Shown: positions 23,256 through 35,450 of the stretch, in pieces
Layout: each line of letters opens with the position of its first letter
Numbering within the stretch: position 1 is the first letter of the stretch
Assembly (NCBI GenBank): GCA_020891255.1
Contig: BQFW01000001.1
Coordinates: forward strand, 2,790,001 to 2,854,000
Origin: Entomortierella parvispora E1425
Lineage: Eukaryota; Fungi; Mortierellomycota
Length of the DNA stretch: 64,000 bases
Reading direction: 5' to 3'
Notes under the pieces: generated by a model
Databases searched by the model: none
Seen by the model: the letters and a program-made list of their open reading frames with translations, nothing else
Told to the model about the DNA's origin: nothing
Translations under genes and position numbers: made by a program

Positions 23256-25353
23256 TTAATTAGTGGCGTGTCCTGGGTAGACAAGCCCATCCAAAGGTTG
23301 AGAAGAACCAAAAGAGTTGGGGCCAACTCCAGGACCAGAGGCTGGTGAGAATAGCAAGCCGCCGGCCATAGCCGTTGCCATCGTATTGACCATGGGTGCA
23401 GCCGGTGCCATATCTGGACTAGTCGACAGGGGCTGTCCTGCCGAGAATTGAGTTCCAGAGTGATGCATCGTCGCCATCGGGACAGCCCTTTCGAGATCGC
23501 CGTAGCGCAATTGATCCGTTTGAAAATGAGTACCTGATGGGCGGCGTTGTAGTTGATGTTGATGCTGTTGTTGCTGTTGCTGTTGCTCTTGTTGTTGCTG
23601 CATTTGTTGCTGTTGCTCTTGTTGCCTTTGTTGCTGCTGGCGCTGTTGATGCTGCAAGTCGATATTCCAAAGCGGTGGCTGATGCTGGCTTGGTAGATGG
23701 CCCCCATTGGTTTGCAAAGGGTGGTACCGATTGGCAGATCCATAATAGGGCGCAGGGGCATTAAAAGTCACCGGGACAGTTGTCAGCCCATCTTGGGAAC
23801 GACGCGTCAATGGAGGCGGGATAGCCAAGAGTTGAGCGTATTCTTGCGGAGTCAGGACAGCAGGGGTGGAGGCGCTTCGTTTCTTGGCTGCGGCTGCCGT
23901 AACGCCCGAAGCAGCCGCCATGGCCACAGCCGCGGCCGCGGCAGCTCCTGCGGCCGTGGTGCTCCCGTTCCTGAGGGAGGCGGAATCCAAGGTTCTTGAT
24001 TTCCGTTTACGGACCTTGTTGACATCATGGGTCCGGATGTGCTCCTTGAGGACATCGGAACGCGAGAAGCTTTTGCCGCACTGGGGGTGTGGACAAACAA
24101 AGGGCTTTTCGCCACCATGGGATCGGATGTGTCTTGCCAGATGGGCCGAGCGAGTAAAGGTCTTGTGGCAGTCGGGCCAGACACAGAAATGAGTCTTTTT
24201 CGGCACTTGTTTGCCTCCGGGGGAACGAGGATCCGACAAAGGAGGCGAGGGCATTCTTGGCGTGTTGGAGGTCCTTGGCGTGGTAGAGGACGACGAGGAA
24301 GAATAGGTAGGACTTTGACCTAGAAAAGATTCAGGAGTAAAGACGAAAGAAAAGAAGGAGGGGAAAAAAATATCAAAAAAAAAAAAAAAAAAAGAGAAAA
24401 AGAAAAGAAAAATGGTTAGAAGTGTTTAGGTCCAATGGGTATTGTGAGTTACCAGACCCGAGATGAGTAGACGTGGGTCACTCCACCTCTGAGCAGAAAA
24501 TATGAGGGAAACAAGGGCAGGGGCAAGGCTTTGCCTCTTTAATATTACCATCATCGTAGGAGTAATTCGACTGCAGAGACAGGCGATGGACAAGACGAGG
24601 ATCGTTGGTGTTGGTGTACGACATCGGGAGAACCGAAAAGGAAGCCCTCGTGTGCACGTTCTGATTCATGTCCACGGCAAGATTCATACCCATATCCAGA
24701 CCACCGCCTCCGCTGCTGCTCAGGCTCATGTTCAGGTTCGAGTTCGTGTATTGAGACTGAGACGTGGACTGGGCCACAGGGAGCGGAGTTGTGCCCATGA
24801 CCCCCAGGATCGACTGATCCGACTGAACTGAGGAGGAATTCGACCCGAGGAAGTGACTCTGACCTGCGCCGCCCTCAACAGCGTACAAAGGTTGGTTTGA
24901 GTACACGGGTCCTGCAGGGAAAGAAGTCGTCATCATCAAGAGCTGCTCTGGAGGCAATTGCCATGGGGCTACCGTGCCCTGAGGAGGAATAGTAGACGAT
25001 ACCGGGGACATTTGCATCGGTGGCTGCTGTGGGATCGATACACTACTCTGGTCCCAGTAGGAAAAGGGAACGGTTGATGAAGAGTGTGTATGATTTTGCT
25101 TGGTCATGTCTGTTTCAGGGCGTTGCTCAAAAAGGCTCAGAAGATCGGGACGTTGGCTGTAGTGGTTCTTGGAGGGAGTGGGAGGTGAGATTGGGCCGGG
25201 GGATCTGGGGGAACAGGGCGAAGAGGAGGGAGAAGGCAAGCTGCAGTCGGTTGCAAGCGAAGACGGGGATGAAGTACTGGACGAGGAGGTTGGCAAGAGT
25301 AGGTCCAAGGATGATCCGAGGATTATATCGTCCAAGTTGAGCTGGGCGGACAT
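23256..25353 (-). CDS. C2H2 zinc-finger transcription factor with two fingers and poly-Ala and poly-Gln tracts, probably 2 exons
   Basis: [55 protein letters not shown]. An upstream Ser/Pro-rich exon (MSAQLNLDD...) joins in frame via GATG|GTAATA...TTCTAG|GTCAA. Confidence 0.85.
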
Positions 25354-26748
25354 TGAGCGGGTTAAAAAAAAGGTGGAAAAAAAGAAGGAAAAAAAAAAAA
25401 AAAAAAAAGAGCAGAACCTCTTTGAATATGTTGGATGAAGGTGAACAAAGAGGAGGAAGAGGAGGGAGAAAGGAGATAAAAAAAAGAGAGGGAACGAGCG
25501 CGGCTTTAATCGAATTCCTCCAGAACCAAGAAAGTGGAAACAAAAATGAATGAAAAGAGGGTCAAAAGACGACAACAGACTAGGTCGACGACGACGAGCG
25601 ATAGGAGGGTGATTGGACGGGAAACAGGGAGAAGGAGAGGAAAAAACACAAAGAGAGAGAGGGAAAAGCTGCCCGTGGGTTGGTGCGAGGAGAAAGAGAG
25701 GGGGAATCAAAGAGGAGGGATTGGAGTGTGGGACAGAAAGAGACAGAAAGAGTAAGGGAAAGACAAGAGAAGAGGGGGTGGATGCGCGAAGGAGTGCAGA
25801 AGGAGAGAGAGGAAGGAACGAGAGGGAGGAGATGTGTGTGCAAGGAGTGCAGATGGGTGTGTAAGCGAGCGTGAGTGAATGTTGTGTTGAAATGGTAATA
25901 CAGTGGGAAGGCAAAGGGGCGGCAGGGACGAAAAAAAACGCAAGAGGAAAAGAGAAAAGAAGATGGAAGGAAGGGGAGAAGGGTGCGGTTACTTATCCTT
26001 TTTTTTTCTTTGCTGCAGTTGGAGTGCAACCATTGAATGGGATTGAATCGACACCGTAAAGAGGAACGCAAACCATTCGATCCCGCTCGCTCGTTTTGTT
26101 TGCTGCAGTAACAAACAAACCGACAGAATACGTTTGTTTCCAACAAACAAAATTATATTAAAGACGCCTGTGGCTCTCACCTTATAGCTGTCATTGCGTT
26201 CTTTTGGTCCTTCCTCTCCTTTCGCCCCCTCATTACCTGGCAATTGCAATTGATGCCGAAGAGTACCGATTGGAACTCATGAAGTATGTAGTCAGTCCAA
26301 GTGTACATCTCGACTAGATTCTGACCCCTCTCCTTTGATCCTTTTGATATCGGATCGCGTTCGTCCCAATCTGAGGTTCCTGTGGACGACCAGTTTTCGG
26401 GCGACCCGGCAACCTCTGATCACAAGACATGAATGACATCGCGAGACATCGAAATAGAAGCTGAGCGCCCGAGAGAGACAAGGACAAAAAATCCTCCGGT
26501 TGCTTTCCAGTTGGTCAATGCCTCCTATTGGCCAGAGCAACCGCCATATTGCCTCCCTCCGTCTCTATCCGAGGCACGTTCCTCATGGAAAAGCTACCAG
26601 GTTTTTAGCAAGGTCGCCGCAGTCTTTTTGGGAAGAGAAAAACAAAGTAGCACGTCCCTCATTGAATCTATAATTATTCTATTGCCTTCTTTATTGGGGA
26701 AACAATCCAAAGAAAGAAAAGGTCTTTGCAGCAGACCCTACAGATATT

Positions 26749-27916
26749 TTACAATGGCAATGGCAATTCGTCACGAGGAATGATCTCGGTCTCCTGAGAG
26801 GCAAGAGCAGCCCATTCCTTCATGGGCCCATACTGCAGCATATGCCGCATGTAGGCCTGAGCGTGCTCGCCTTCCACCTTTGAAGCCAAATCGTAGGAAT
26901 TGAAACGGAACATGATAGGGGCGTACATTGCATCCAAAGCGGTAAACGTTCCAAACAAGAACCCCTCGTCGTTCTTTCCCTTATTCTGGGCGGCCTTGGA
27001 ACGCAATTCCTCCCAGATATCAGAAAGACGCTTGATATCGGCAGCGACCCGCTCATTGAAAAGCTCAGGTTGAAACCTTCTGTGCTCACGCAAGTTCATG
27101 GCGTAATTTCTCACGGCAAAAAAGCCGGTGGCCATCTCTGAAGACAAGGACCGAGCGTAGGCACGCTCGTAGCGATCTGCAGGCCACAAGGAAGGGTAAT
27201 CTATCGCAAATAGCAATTGCAAGCAAAAGTAAAAAAAAAAGGGCCAATCGAGACGATGATAAAATTTAGAAAATGTAATCGATGAAACCTGGCCCCTGCT
27301 GTGGGAACCGGACTCCCCACATTCATTTCTCCGAGTCCCAGCCAGAAACAATCTACTTCGAAACCCAGGATCAATCCCATCAAGCCGTTCTTTCACCTAG
27401 TTCTCAAGTAGGGATCGTAGCCGTTTATGGAGGGGCCGTTTTGGCGGGACGACGGGCAGGGCCCAACCGTCTGCATGGATGTTGTCCTAATCTGGCAGGC
27501 CAGTGTTCTTTCTTTTGCTTCCAATGTTCTTGCTCCTTCCGCTTCGGTGCTCAAGCTCGTTGAGTGGATCGCCCATTTCACGGTATCAGAAACCGTTAGA
27601 GTCAGCAGGGCGAAAAAAAAAACTTTTCAGGCTTACCTTCGGCGAGATATTCCATAATGGCCAAGGACTCAAAGATAATGTGGGTCTTGCCCGGGGCTAT
27701 TTCCACATGGAGTGCCGGGACCTTGGAGGTAGGACCCGCACGGAGCATCAGCTCGTTGGCTGCAGGCAGGCCCAAGTCGGGAATCTCTTTGGTTCCCACG
27801 ATCAACATCACAGGCTCCAACTCGATATTCAAAGCACGCATCGCCAACCAGGCCCTGAGCGACCAGGACGAGTAGTTGCGGTTAAGCATGTACAGCTTTG
27901 GGACAGGGGATGACAT
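26749..27916 (-). CDS. Glutathione S-transferase of the NxNYSSWSLRxWL subfamily, 2 exons (intron 27201-27636)
   Basis: KLYMLNRNYSSWSLRAWLAMR, KVPAL, FESLAIMEYLAE|DYPSLWPAD...RAYARSLSSEMATGF and FLFGTFTALDAMYAP. Confidence 0.88.
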
Positions 27917-28581
27917 ATTTCGGCTGTGAGAGTTTGATGGAAGGTGAATGAGAAGGATGGAAATGAGAAAGAATGAATCAGCGAGGCCCATGATCCCCGT
28001 TTGTGTTTTTTATGGTTTTTTTTTTTTTTTTTTTTTTTGCGCCGCGCGGTCCGGACAAGAGGCTCGAACGTTAAAAAAACCCCCTTCGACTCGGAGAGCA
28101 TCCCGGGGTGAGGCACAAAAGTGTGGCGATGGGTTCTTGGATATAAAGGTTCTACCCGACTCGTGGTCGAGTGCGTTTAGCGATGTTGCTAAACTGAGAA
28201 CCCTTTTGGATGGAAGCGCAATGACTCATCATGATTGGCTTAGAACAGCTGCTTGGGGAAGGACTTGTGCGCGCTTTCGTTGTGTAACCGTCCTGGGAGC
28301 CAAAGGAATGGACGCGTCGACTCTACCCCCCGCGGTCTCCAAAAAGGCTCACATCGTGCTTGACTCAGAAAGAAAACTTGGGGTCACAAAGAACGGACGG
28401 GATGGCCTTTGCTTGCCTAGATCTCTTTTGATTTATTTTGCAATATGCCTGCTGTTCTAAATTACGTGTTTTTGGTGGTGGTCGGTGGTTTGTTTGTTTG
28501 TTCGTCGTCAAGCAAGAGCAGAAAGAGGGATCAGATCCTCCCCTTTCCCCCCACCCCCCTTGTGCTCGCCTCCTTGGGAAT

Positions 28582-30096
28582 TCACGCATCTGTCCTTGAA
28601 TGCAACACAAAGGCGTCCAGACGTGACCCACAATCGGCATCATAGGTTTCCCAGATCAAGCGACGGTCTCCCGTGATCTTCATTAGCACGTAGTGGTGAC
28701 GGATCTTGATCTTGCCATTTTGCCAGACTGGGTAGTCCTCGACTTGCTCTTCGTCCAACTGTCCACCGGCGCCACCAATGATAGTGTACACCATATGACC
28801 ATCTTGTCCTCGCATGTAATTGTGCTGATGTCCTGAGATCACCAGATCTACTCCATACTGCTGGAACAATGGGACATACTTTGTCCTGACAAACGAGCCC
28901 CAGTTCTTTTCGCCCTTGTTCTCCCATGCATCCTTTTCCCAATATTGCGTATAAGGCGAGATGTGGACAACAATGAGTCTGAACCAAGCCTTTCTCGAGT
29001 CTTCTGACTTTAACTCTTCTTCCAACCATTGATCCTGCTGTGAGCTGTTAATGTTTGAATCCAGAACAATGAATCGTACACCGGCCAAAGTGTAGGCGTG
29101 CCACTTGCGCGCTCCAGTGTAAGGATAAAGTCCCTTGGAATCATAGTCGTGGTTGCCATGTGTGTAGATCAAGGGTGTGGTTTGACCAATTCTGTAGTGG
29201 GACATGGGCGAACTAAAGTCCGTTTGCCAGTTATCAAGAGAGTCGTAGTCCTGAACGGCATCGCCCGCGTGGATCAGGTAGTCGACCTTGTGATGTTCTG
29301 TCATGGCTTTGAGCACCTTCATGAACTGGGAGACTTCACATTGGTTGTCAGAGATGGCGCCAAAACGGGCAATCTCCCGGGTATCCAGCGAAGGCGGGTT
29401 GGGCAGATGTGAAAAGGTATAGGTTCGGTAGAGATGCGAAAGCATTCTTGGCGGGTTGATCGAGTAGGTGATGTTGGTATTTTGAGTGGGCATGCCTGTC
29501 AGCGTGGCGGTGTAAACGATATGGGTCTTGTCGAGAAGCTCAAATGTCGTCTCTGCACTCCTGGAGTCTTCAAAGTCGACACTGTCCGCGGCAGGGACCC
29601 AAGTCAGATCCATCTCTGGCAACTTGCAGTTCATCTCCCAGATGACTAGAACCGAGTTTGAGTCCTTGACAAAGAGCATGGGGTCCTTGCGGTATGAGCA
29701 TCGCTTCACGTCCCAGTTGAAAGCCATGTTCTTGTACTTGAATCCGGCGACTGTGACCCAGGTCGAGACGCCCTTGAAGTAAAAGTAAGAGAGGAAGAGA
29801 TAGAGACCGAGGGCAATCGCGATCGGGTACCGGATCTGACGGCGGCGGCGGGGGACAAAGGACAGGACCTGGTCCAGCCAGGCCGAGATTCGATTGCTTG
29901 GCCCTCCATGGAGCATCATTGGATGTTGACTACGGGGATGGAATCGAGACCCGAGCGGTCCTGATCCCGTGGCAGAGGGCGGGGTGGCAATGATGGTCGG
30001 TTGGTTGCCAGAGGTCGAGATTGGGGCGGGCGCGGGCATGCTCTGCCGACGATGCTGGGTCGACAGACGCTTGCTGGCGCTGCTCGTGCCTGACAT
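28582..30096 (-). CDS. Calcineurin-like metallophosphoesterase (purple-acid-phosphatase-like), membrane-anchored, intronless, 504 aa
   Basis: Metal-ligand motifs FGAISDNQ, HAGDAV, THGNHD and VISGHQHNY; N-terminal hydrophobic helix (YPIAIALGLYLFLSYFYF); uninterrupted ORF. Confidence 0.85.
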   Translation of the reverse strand: MSGTSSASKRLSTQHRRQSMPAPAPISTSGNQPTIIATPPSATGSGPLGSRFHPRSQHPMMLHGGPSNRISAWLDQVLSFVPRRRRQIRYPIAIALGLYLFLSYFYFKGVSTWVTVAGFKYKNMAFNWDVKRCSYRKDPMLFVKDSNSVLVIWEMNCKLPEMDLTWVPAADSVDFEDSRSAETTFELLDKTHIVYTATLTGMPTQNTNITYSINPPRMLSHLYRTYTFSHLPNPPSLDTREIARFGAISDNQCEVSQFMKVLKAMTEHHKVDYLIHAGDAVQDYDSLDNWQTDFSSPMSHYRIGQTTPLIYTHGNHDYDSKGLYPYTGARKWHAYTLAGVRFIVLDSNINSSQQDQWLEEELKSEDSRKAWFRLIVVHISPYTQYWEKDAWENKGEKNWGSFVRTKYVPLFQQYGVDLVISGHQHNYMRGQDGHMVYTIIGGAGGQLDEEQVEDYPVWQNGKIKIRHHYVLMKITGDRRLIWETYDADCGSRLDAFVLHSRTDA

Positions 30097-30793
30097 TGTT
30101 GGGCGATGTGTATGAGGGTGTGTGATGTAGATGACTGTCCGTGGCAAGCAAAGGGCAAAGGGATCCGTGTCAGTGAGTGATGCTTGCTTGCTTGCTTTAC
30201 TTGGTCGAGATGAGATTGAATGGCAGACCCCGACTAAAAACAAGGCAGATGGACAATTAGATGATGAGACATTGTCGGATCAGGCCGTGTTTGTTCATAT
30301 TATCGTTTGAGGGGGGTTGTGGTCCTCAGCCCTGTTCTGTTGTTACCTGTGCAAGGGGTTGGCAGGATAGAAGGGTAGAAGGTGAACGAGATGGAGGACA
30401 GGGAGAAGATGAAGAAGAAGGAAGACAAAGAGACGGAAAGTACAGTGCAGTGCAGTACACCTGTATGTGGTGAAGAGTACAGGCCGATGCAAGGACAGAA
30501 GGAAGGATGGAAAAGAAGAAAAGAGAACGAGTAATCACAGACACAGATGAAAGTGAGCATGTGCAATGAAGAAGGGAACTCGACTCCCGAGTGGTGATGA
30601 GCACCCAGACGGAAACAGACAAATAGGGTGCGGACGAAAGACAACGAGAGATTAAATGAGTGCAGAAGGCGAGGGGGCGTGAGAGCACTTTGCAACCTTC
30701 TTTATTGCCATGTCCATCGAGAGGTTCAGGCACAGGGACAGGGACAGGGTGCGTGTGGATGGGGGGGATGTGGACACACACCGGCATGCTCGC

Positions 30794-30824
<31 letters not shown>

Positions 30825-31298
30825 GTCTGTCTCACTTTAATGGTGGTCGCACCGTGCCACACACACACACCATGGGTCATGGTCATTCATTCGTCCTGAA
30901 GGGTCGACTCAAAGGAAGAGGAGATAAAGTGCAAGAGATCAAACAAGAGCAGAGCGACCAATAGGACTAAGCATACCAGGGATTGTCGGTCAGGGAAAAA
31001 GGAACAGAGAGTTCAAAGGCAGAGAGGCTAAATATGTGCAAGGTTCGGGCTTTGATGGCGGTAGCATCGCCATCAGGGCTATGGCTGGGTGGAAGGGGAA
31101 TGGAGAAGAGAGAGGAGAAGACAGAGACGGGAAAAGAGAGAGGGAAGGAAAAAAAGAGGACAGAGAGGAAAGAGAGGGAAGAGGAGAGAGGAAAGAGAGG
31201 CGCAACAGACGCGTCCACATCGCGTCAGCATCTACGGTGACACAGGTGGGACACAAGTGTGGGTGAGCATGCGATGGGCCGGATCCAGTCTACTGCTG

Positions 31299-32391
31299 TC
31301 ATTCCTCTCTATCGAACCCTCTTTTCTTCTCCCTCTCTTTTCTCCACCCTCTTCTCTGCACCCCTCTCGGTCGTGTCCAAGGGATGTCCTCCTTTCCCAA
31401 CAAAAACAAAAAAAAAGTTTCGGAATGTCGTTCTCTTATTGCCATGTCTCTCGCTTCCAAATCCAACCTTTTTTGCGCCATCTCCATGGCGACTCGAGAT
31501 CTTCCACTAGCAATTGAGGCTGTTCGCATTGTCGCATCAGACAAAGTTGATAGTGGTGGCGGCGGCTCTCCGCGACGTCGAACTTTCGTTAGCAATGACG
31601 ACCCGACGGACGTGCTGCTTGGTCCTACAGCCGTGGAGCTGGCCGCGGACGGGTCTTCTTCATATGGACCACGGACCACTTCTTTGCCTTTGCTGCGTGT
31701 TTGGTCACGTCCACCTTGGGCGGGACCTTTCCTCAAAACAACGAAGTCGGTCGAAGAATGATATCGAAGTTTCAAAGTTTAGTGGTCAGACAAAGACGAA
31801 ATGAACTTGACATGCAAATCAGGCAAACATACTACGGCCATTCGTCATCCTCACTCAGTACAGAAGGTTCCTTGTCCTTGGGCTTCTCAACTGTTTTAAC
31901 GAGTAGTTCTTCAGGCACCTCATTCGAAGAAGCGGCGGTTGGGCCTTCAGGTAGACTAGACAAGCTAGGAACTGGTCATCAAAACCAACCCCCACGCCCA
32001 AGTCAATAAACACACGTACCTGCTTGCTTTGTGCCTTCAGCACGCACAACAGGAGGGTTGTACTGCACAGCTGTGTTAAGAAGAGCTCTCATCCGCTGCT
32101 GTAGCGCGATCGTGTCTTTGCCTTCCTTGACATTCGAAGGTGCGGCTTCGAAGTGTCCATCGCCCGTACTTCCTTTCCCGTACTTGACCCTGAGGTTGTC
32201 CCATCGAGAGATAATATCTGCAACCGACAGTGGCCCCCTCCAATTGTAATCGCAGGGAGTTGCATGTAGTCCACCAAGACAGCTCTGTGAGCTGTAAAGA
32301 ACCGCAAACGCTTCTCCTCGGCCCCATTTGTGCCGTCTCGCACTTTCCGTTTACCCTTTCCTTTGGACGGTAGCTTTTTTGTTTTTGTCAC
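31299..32391 (-). pseudogene. Frameshifted Myb/SANT-like DNA-binding protein, possibly a PIF/Harbinger ORF1 relic
   Basis: AVLVDYMQLPA reads into YNWRG after a 1-nt frameshift near 32250. It continues VADIISRWDNLRVKYGKGSTGDG in a frame absent from the ORF track. A downstream spliced acidic segment and a coiled coil (MAQKRLDLEARDMAIRER) follow. Confidence 0.45.
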
Positions 32392-33197
32392 AAAGGCGGG
32401 GATGGTTCAGAGTGAGAACGTTGGGGGGTGAACAAGTCAGCTAGCTTCCGATATCGTGCAGATCAAATGTAAAAAGGTATGGAAAGCGGTTCTGAACTCG
32501 CCGACCATTGCACCATCCATAGTGCAGGACCATGCAGTTATAGGAAGGCAGGCTGGGCTACTGGGCTACTCCTCGACATAAATTTTAAACCGCTGCTGGA
32601 TAAATTTTTATCAAAGATCCATGTGGCATCCATTTGCATTCTCGATTCGGCTTCTCCAGCCACCTCGGCTGCCCCTTTTTCCTCTCCCTCGTGTGCTCTA
32701 CCTGTTTTACTCCACAACACGATCGAAGCTCACTTGCACAACCCACGCGTGCACATGCATTTCTTCAACAACCCCAGAACTCGTCTCCAAGTTTTTTTTT
32801 TGGTCCCATGCTACCTATCCCATAATGATACCGTGTGTCCCCCTCCCTGTCACCGTGTCCTGCTCCCTCTCTCCTCTCATTGGACTGTCTTACCCCACAC
32901 GACACCTGGACTCCTGACCTTCCCCAATTCGTCTCTTTTTGAAAAAGGGAACCCCACCACCCCCACCAGCCACGCTGCTTACCAGCACCTGTCCCAAAAA
33001 AAAGCATTGAAATACTCAACCCTCAGAATGTGTTTTTTTTCCTCTCCTCTCATTCTTCCTCGCACCTACACTTCTTTCTACAAACAATCCCCCCACTCCG
33101 CATCGCCTACCTTTAGTGAATATTTATCTGGAGAACATCTTCACATCTTCTTTCAAGCACAGCACTCTGACCCATTTCCACCCACCAGCCCGTGATC

Positions 33198-34437
33198 ATG
33201 TCTGCCCTCCCTCAACAACACTCTGCCCTCATCTCTCACTCTCAATCCAAGAGACCTCGCAGGTCCTTGGATTTCCCGGTCCGTAACCTTCGACGGTACC
33301 TCATCATGGTCTCCAAACAAATCGCCACGGGCGCGTCTTTAATTGTCCGACATCCTTTTATCAAACCTCCCGTCCCCACCTGGCCTTTGCATCTGGCCCT
33401 CTTCGTGGCTGTGATACAAGGCACAGCCGATCTGCAGGAACATGTCGTGGACGACATTTCCGACATTCGACTTCTGATTGACACATTCTTTTATTACCTG
33501 CCGCATCTGCCCACGATGCAGATTGTGCCCTTTAAATTGGTTATCCCAGAGAGAGGAAGGGGATTCCCGGGCGTTTTGGCAGACGCAGAGGCCAAGGAGA
33601 ACGGAAAGAGGACGATTCCTGGGCAGTGGATTGCAGACCGAAGTGTTTGGAAAAAGGTCATGACCTTGCCGCCGGCCACGACCGCGAGAGAGGCCAACGA
33701 TCCTTACGCGGCGAGAGAAGGCGAGAAGGTGATCTTCTATACGTAAGGAAGAATTGAATCATATCATGGCCGCAACTGAACAGTGGAAGGGTGGAAGGAT
33801 ACTCGGATGCTGACGTTATTCTCTTGCTGCTCAACCCCACGCGTCTCTTGTAGCCACGGAGGAGGCTACTTCATTTGCAGTACGGCCACGCACCGAGAGA
33901 TGCTGTGGCGGATCTCTCGCGCCACTGGAAGGCGTATCTTTGGTAAGAACTTTGACTCCTTCTCTCCTTTCCTTACTCTTTGTTTTGCTCTTTTCTTCTC
34001 ACTCTATATCTTTCTCTCTATCCACCCCGGCTGCCTCTAGCGGTAGATTACCGTCTGGCCCCTGAGCATCCATACCCATCAGCGCTTCAAGATGTATCCC
34101 ATGCCTTCAGCTACCTGACAGATCCACTCGGAAGTGGATTTGAGCCCAAGAATGTGACCATGGCCGGCGACTCTGCTGGAGGTGGATTGACGATCGCCCT
34201 GATGATGTATCAACGTGATGAAGGTTTACCCACACCCTCCAAGGCTCTTCTTCTCTCTGTAAGTTCGTCCGTTGCAGCTTCATACTTCCCATCAGCTCTT
34301 GACGATTTTTGTTTATGAAAAAAGAAAAAAGAATGCCTCGTGAAAGGGAGGGGGCTGACGAATAGCTGACATATGACAAGGGTACAAACAAGCGAAAAAG
34401 CACTGACCCTTCATCGCGTCTGATTTCCCGCGCGTTT

Positions 34438-34473
<36 letters not shown>

Positions 34474-35096
34474 AAATCCAGCCCTGGCTCGACCTGACCA
34501 TGAGCTGCGAGTCGTGGGAGACCAACACGATGGACTACTTGCCCCGACCTCCCAAGAAGGATCACAAGTTCAACCCGATCCGGTTCTACTGCTCTTCCTC
34601 TTCCTCCAGTCCAGAAACCAACGTCAATTTCAAGGCCCTAGCCCAACACCCATATATCTCGCCTCTGTGGGGGAACCTAGGCGGACTGCCCCCAATGCTG
34701 ATCCAGTGCGGAGAAGCCGAGCGGTTGCGGGACGAGTGTATCCTGTTCACGCACAAGGCCGGGGGCGGACAACTGGGGCCTACCTCGCCGAACCTGCCAA
34801 AGTTGTCTACACTCTCGACAGAGTCTCAGCCTTGTTCTCAAACACCACAACCACAGCAGCCACATTTGGGTTTCGACCCGCAGCCATCGCTGACACCGAC
34901 AGAACCCGCGACGATAACCAGGAAGAAAGTGTCTCTCCCGGTAGAACTGGACATGTACCCGGGCATGGTCCATGTCTTTCAAGCGATCCCCTTCTTGCCC
35001 GATGCGAGTTTAGCCCTTCAACGGATGTACGAATTCTTGGAACGAAAGGAGTCTGAAACGGATGACAAGAATGAAACAGACATCAGGGAACCATAG
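33198..35096 (+). CDS. Alpha/beta hydrolase fold-3 (hormone-sensitive-lipase-like esterase), multi-exon
   Basis: HGGGY, AVDYRLAPEHPYPSALQD, nucleophile elbow GDSAGG, PWLDLT, LPPMLIQCGEAERLRDE and YPGMVHVFQ. Confidence 0.92.
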
Positions 35097-35450
35097 AAAA
35101 AAGGTCTTGCGTAGAATAAAATTAATTCCCTCCTTTGAGGATGTGTCAACGCCAAAGACCTTCGCCCCAAGACAACGTTTTCAACCTTCGCCACCCCACC
35201 CCACCCCACACCACAACCACCCGAAGAATGGATGACTCTTCACGTGGAGTCATATCTGGAGCCTCCATAGTCACCACAATGTCGTTCCCTAGATTTCATA
35301 AAACCTCGCGTCCTAGGATGACACTCTATAGTCGCTTATTTTTTTCTCTTCTTCGACTCTAGAGAATCTTTGAGTTTTTATTGGCTTTTTTGGGCATGGG
35401 TGCTGCCCATTCTTCGTCTCCTCTCCTCGACCTAAATGTACATCACTCGC

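Noticed and set aside
25354-25914. N-terminal extension of the 478-aa ORF 24478-25914
   Set aside because: It is CT-rich, poly-T promoter or UTR sequence (Phe/Leu/Ser-rich translation). The plausible start is the ATG at 25353.
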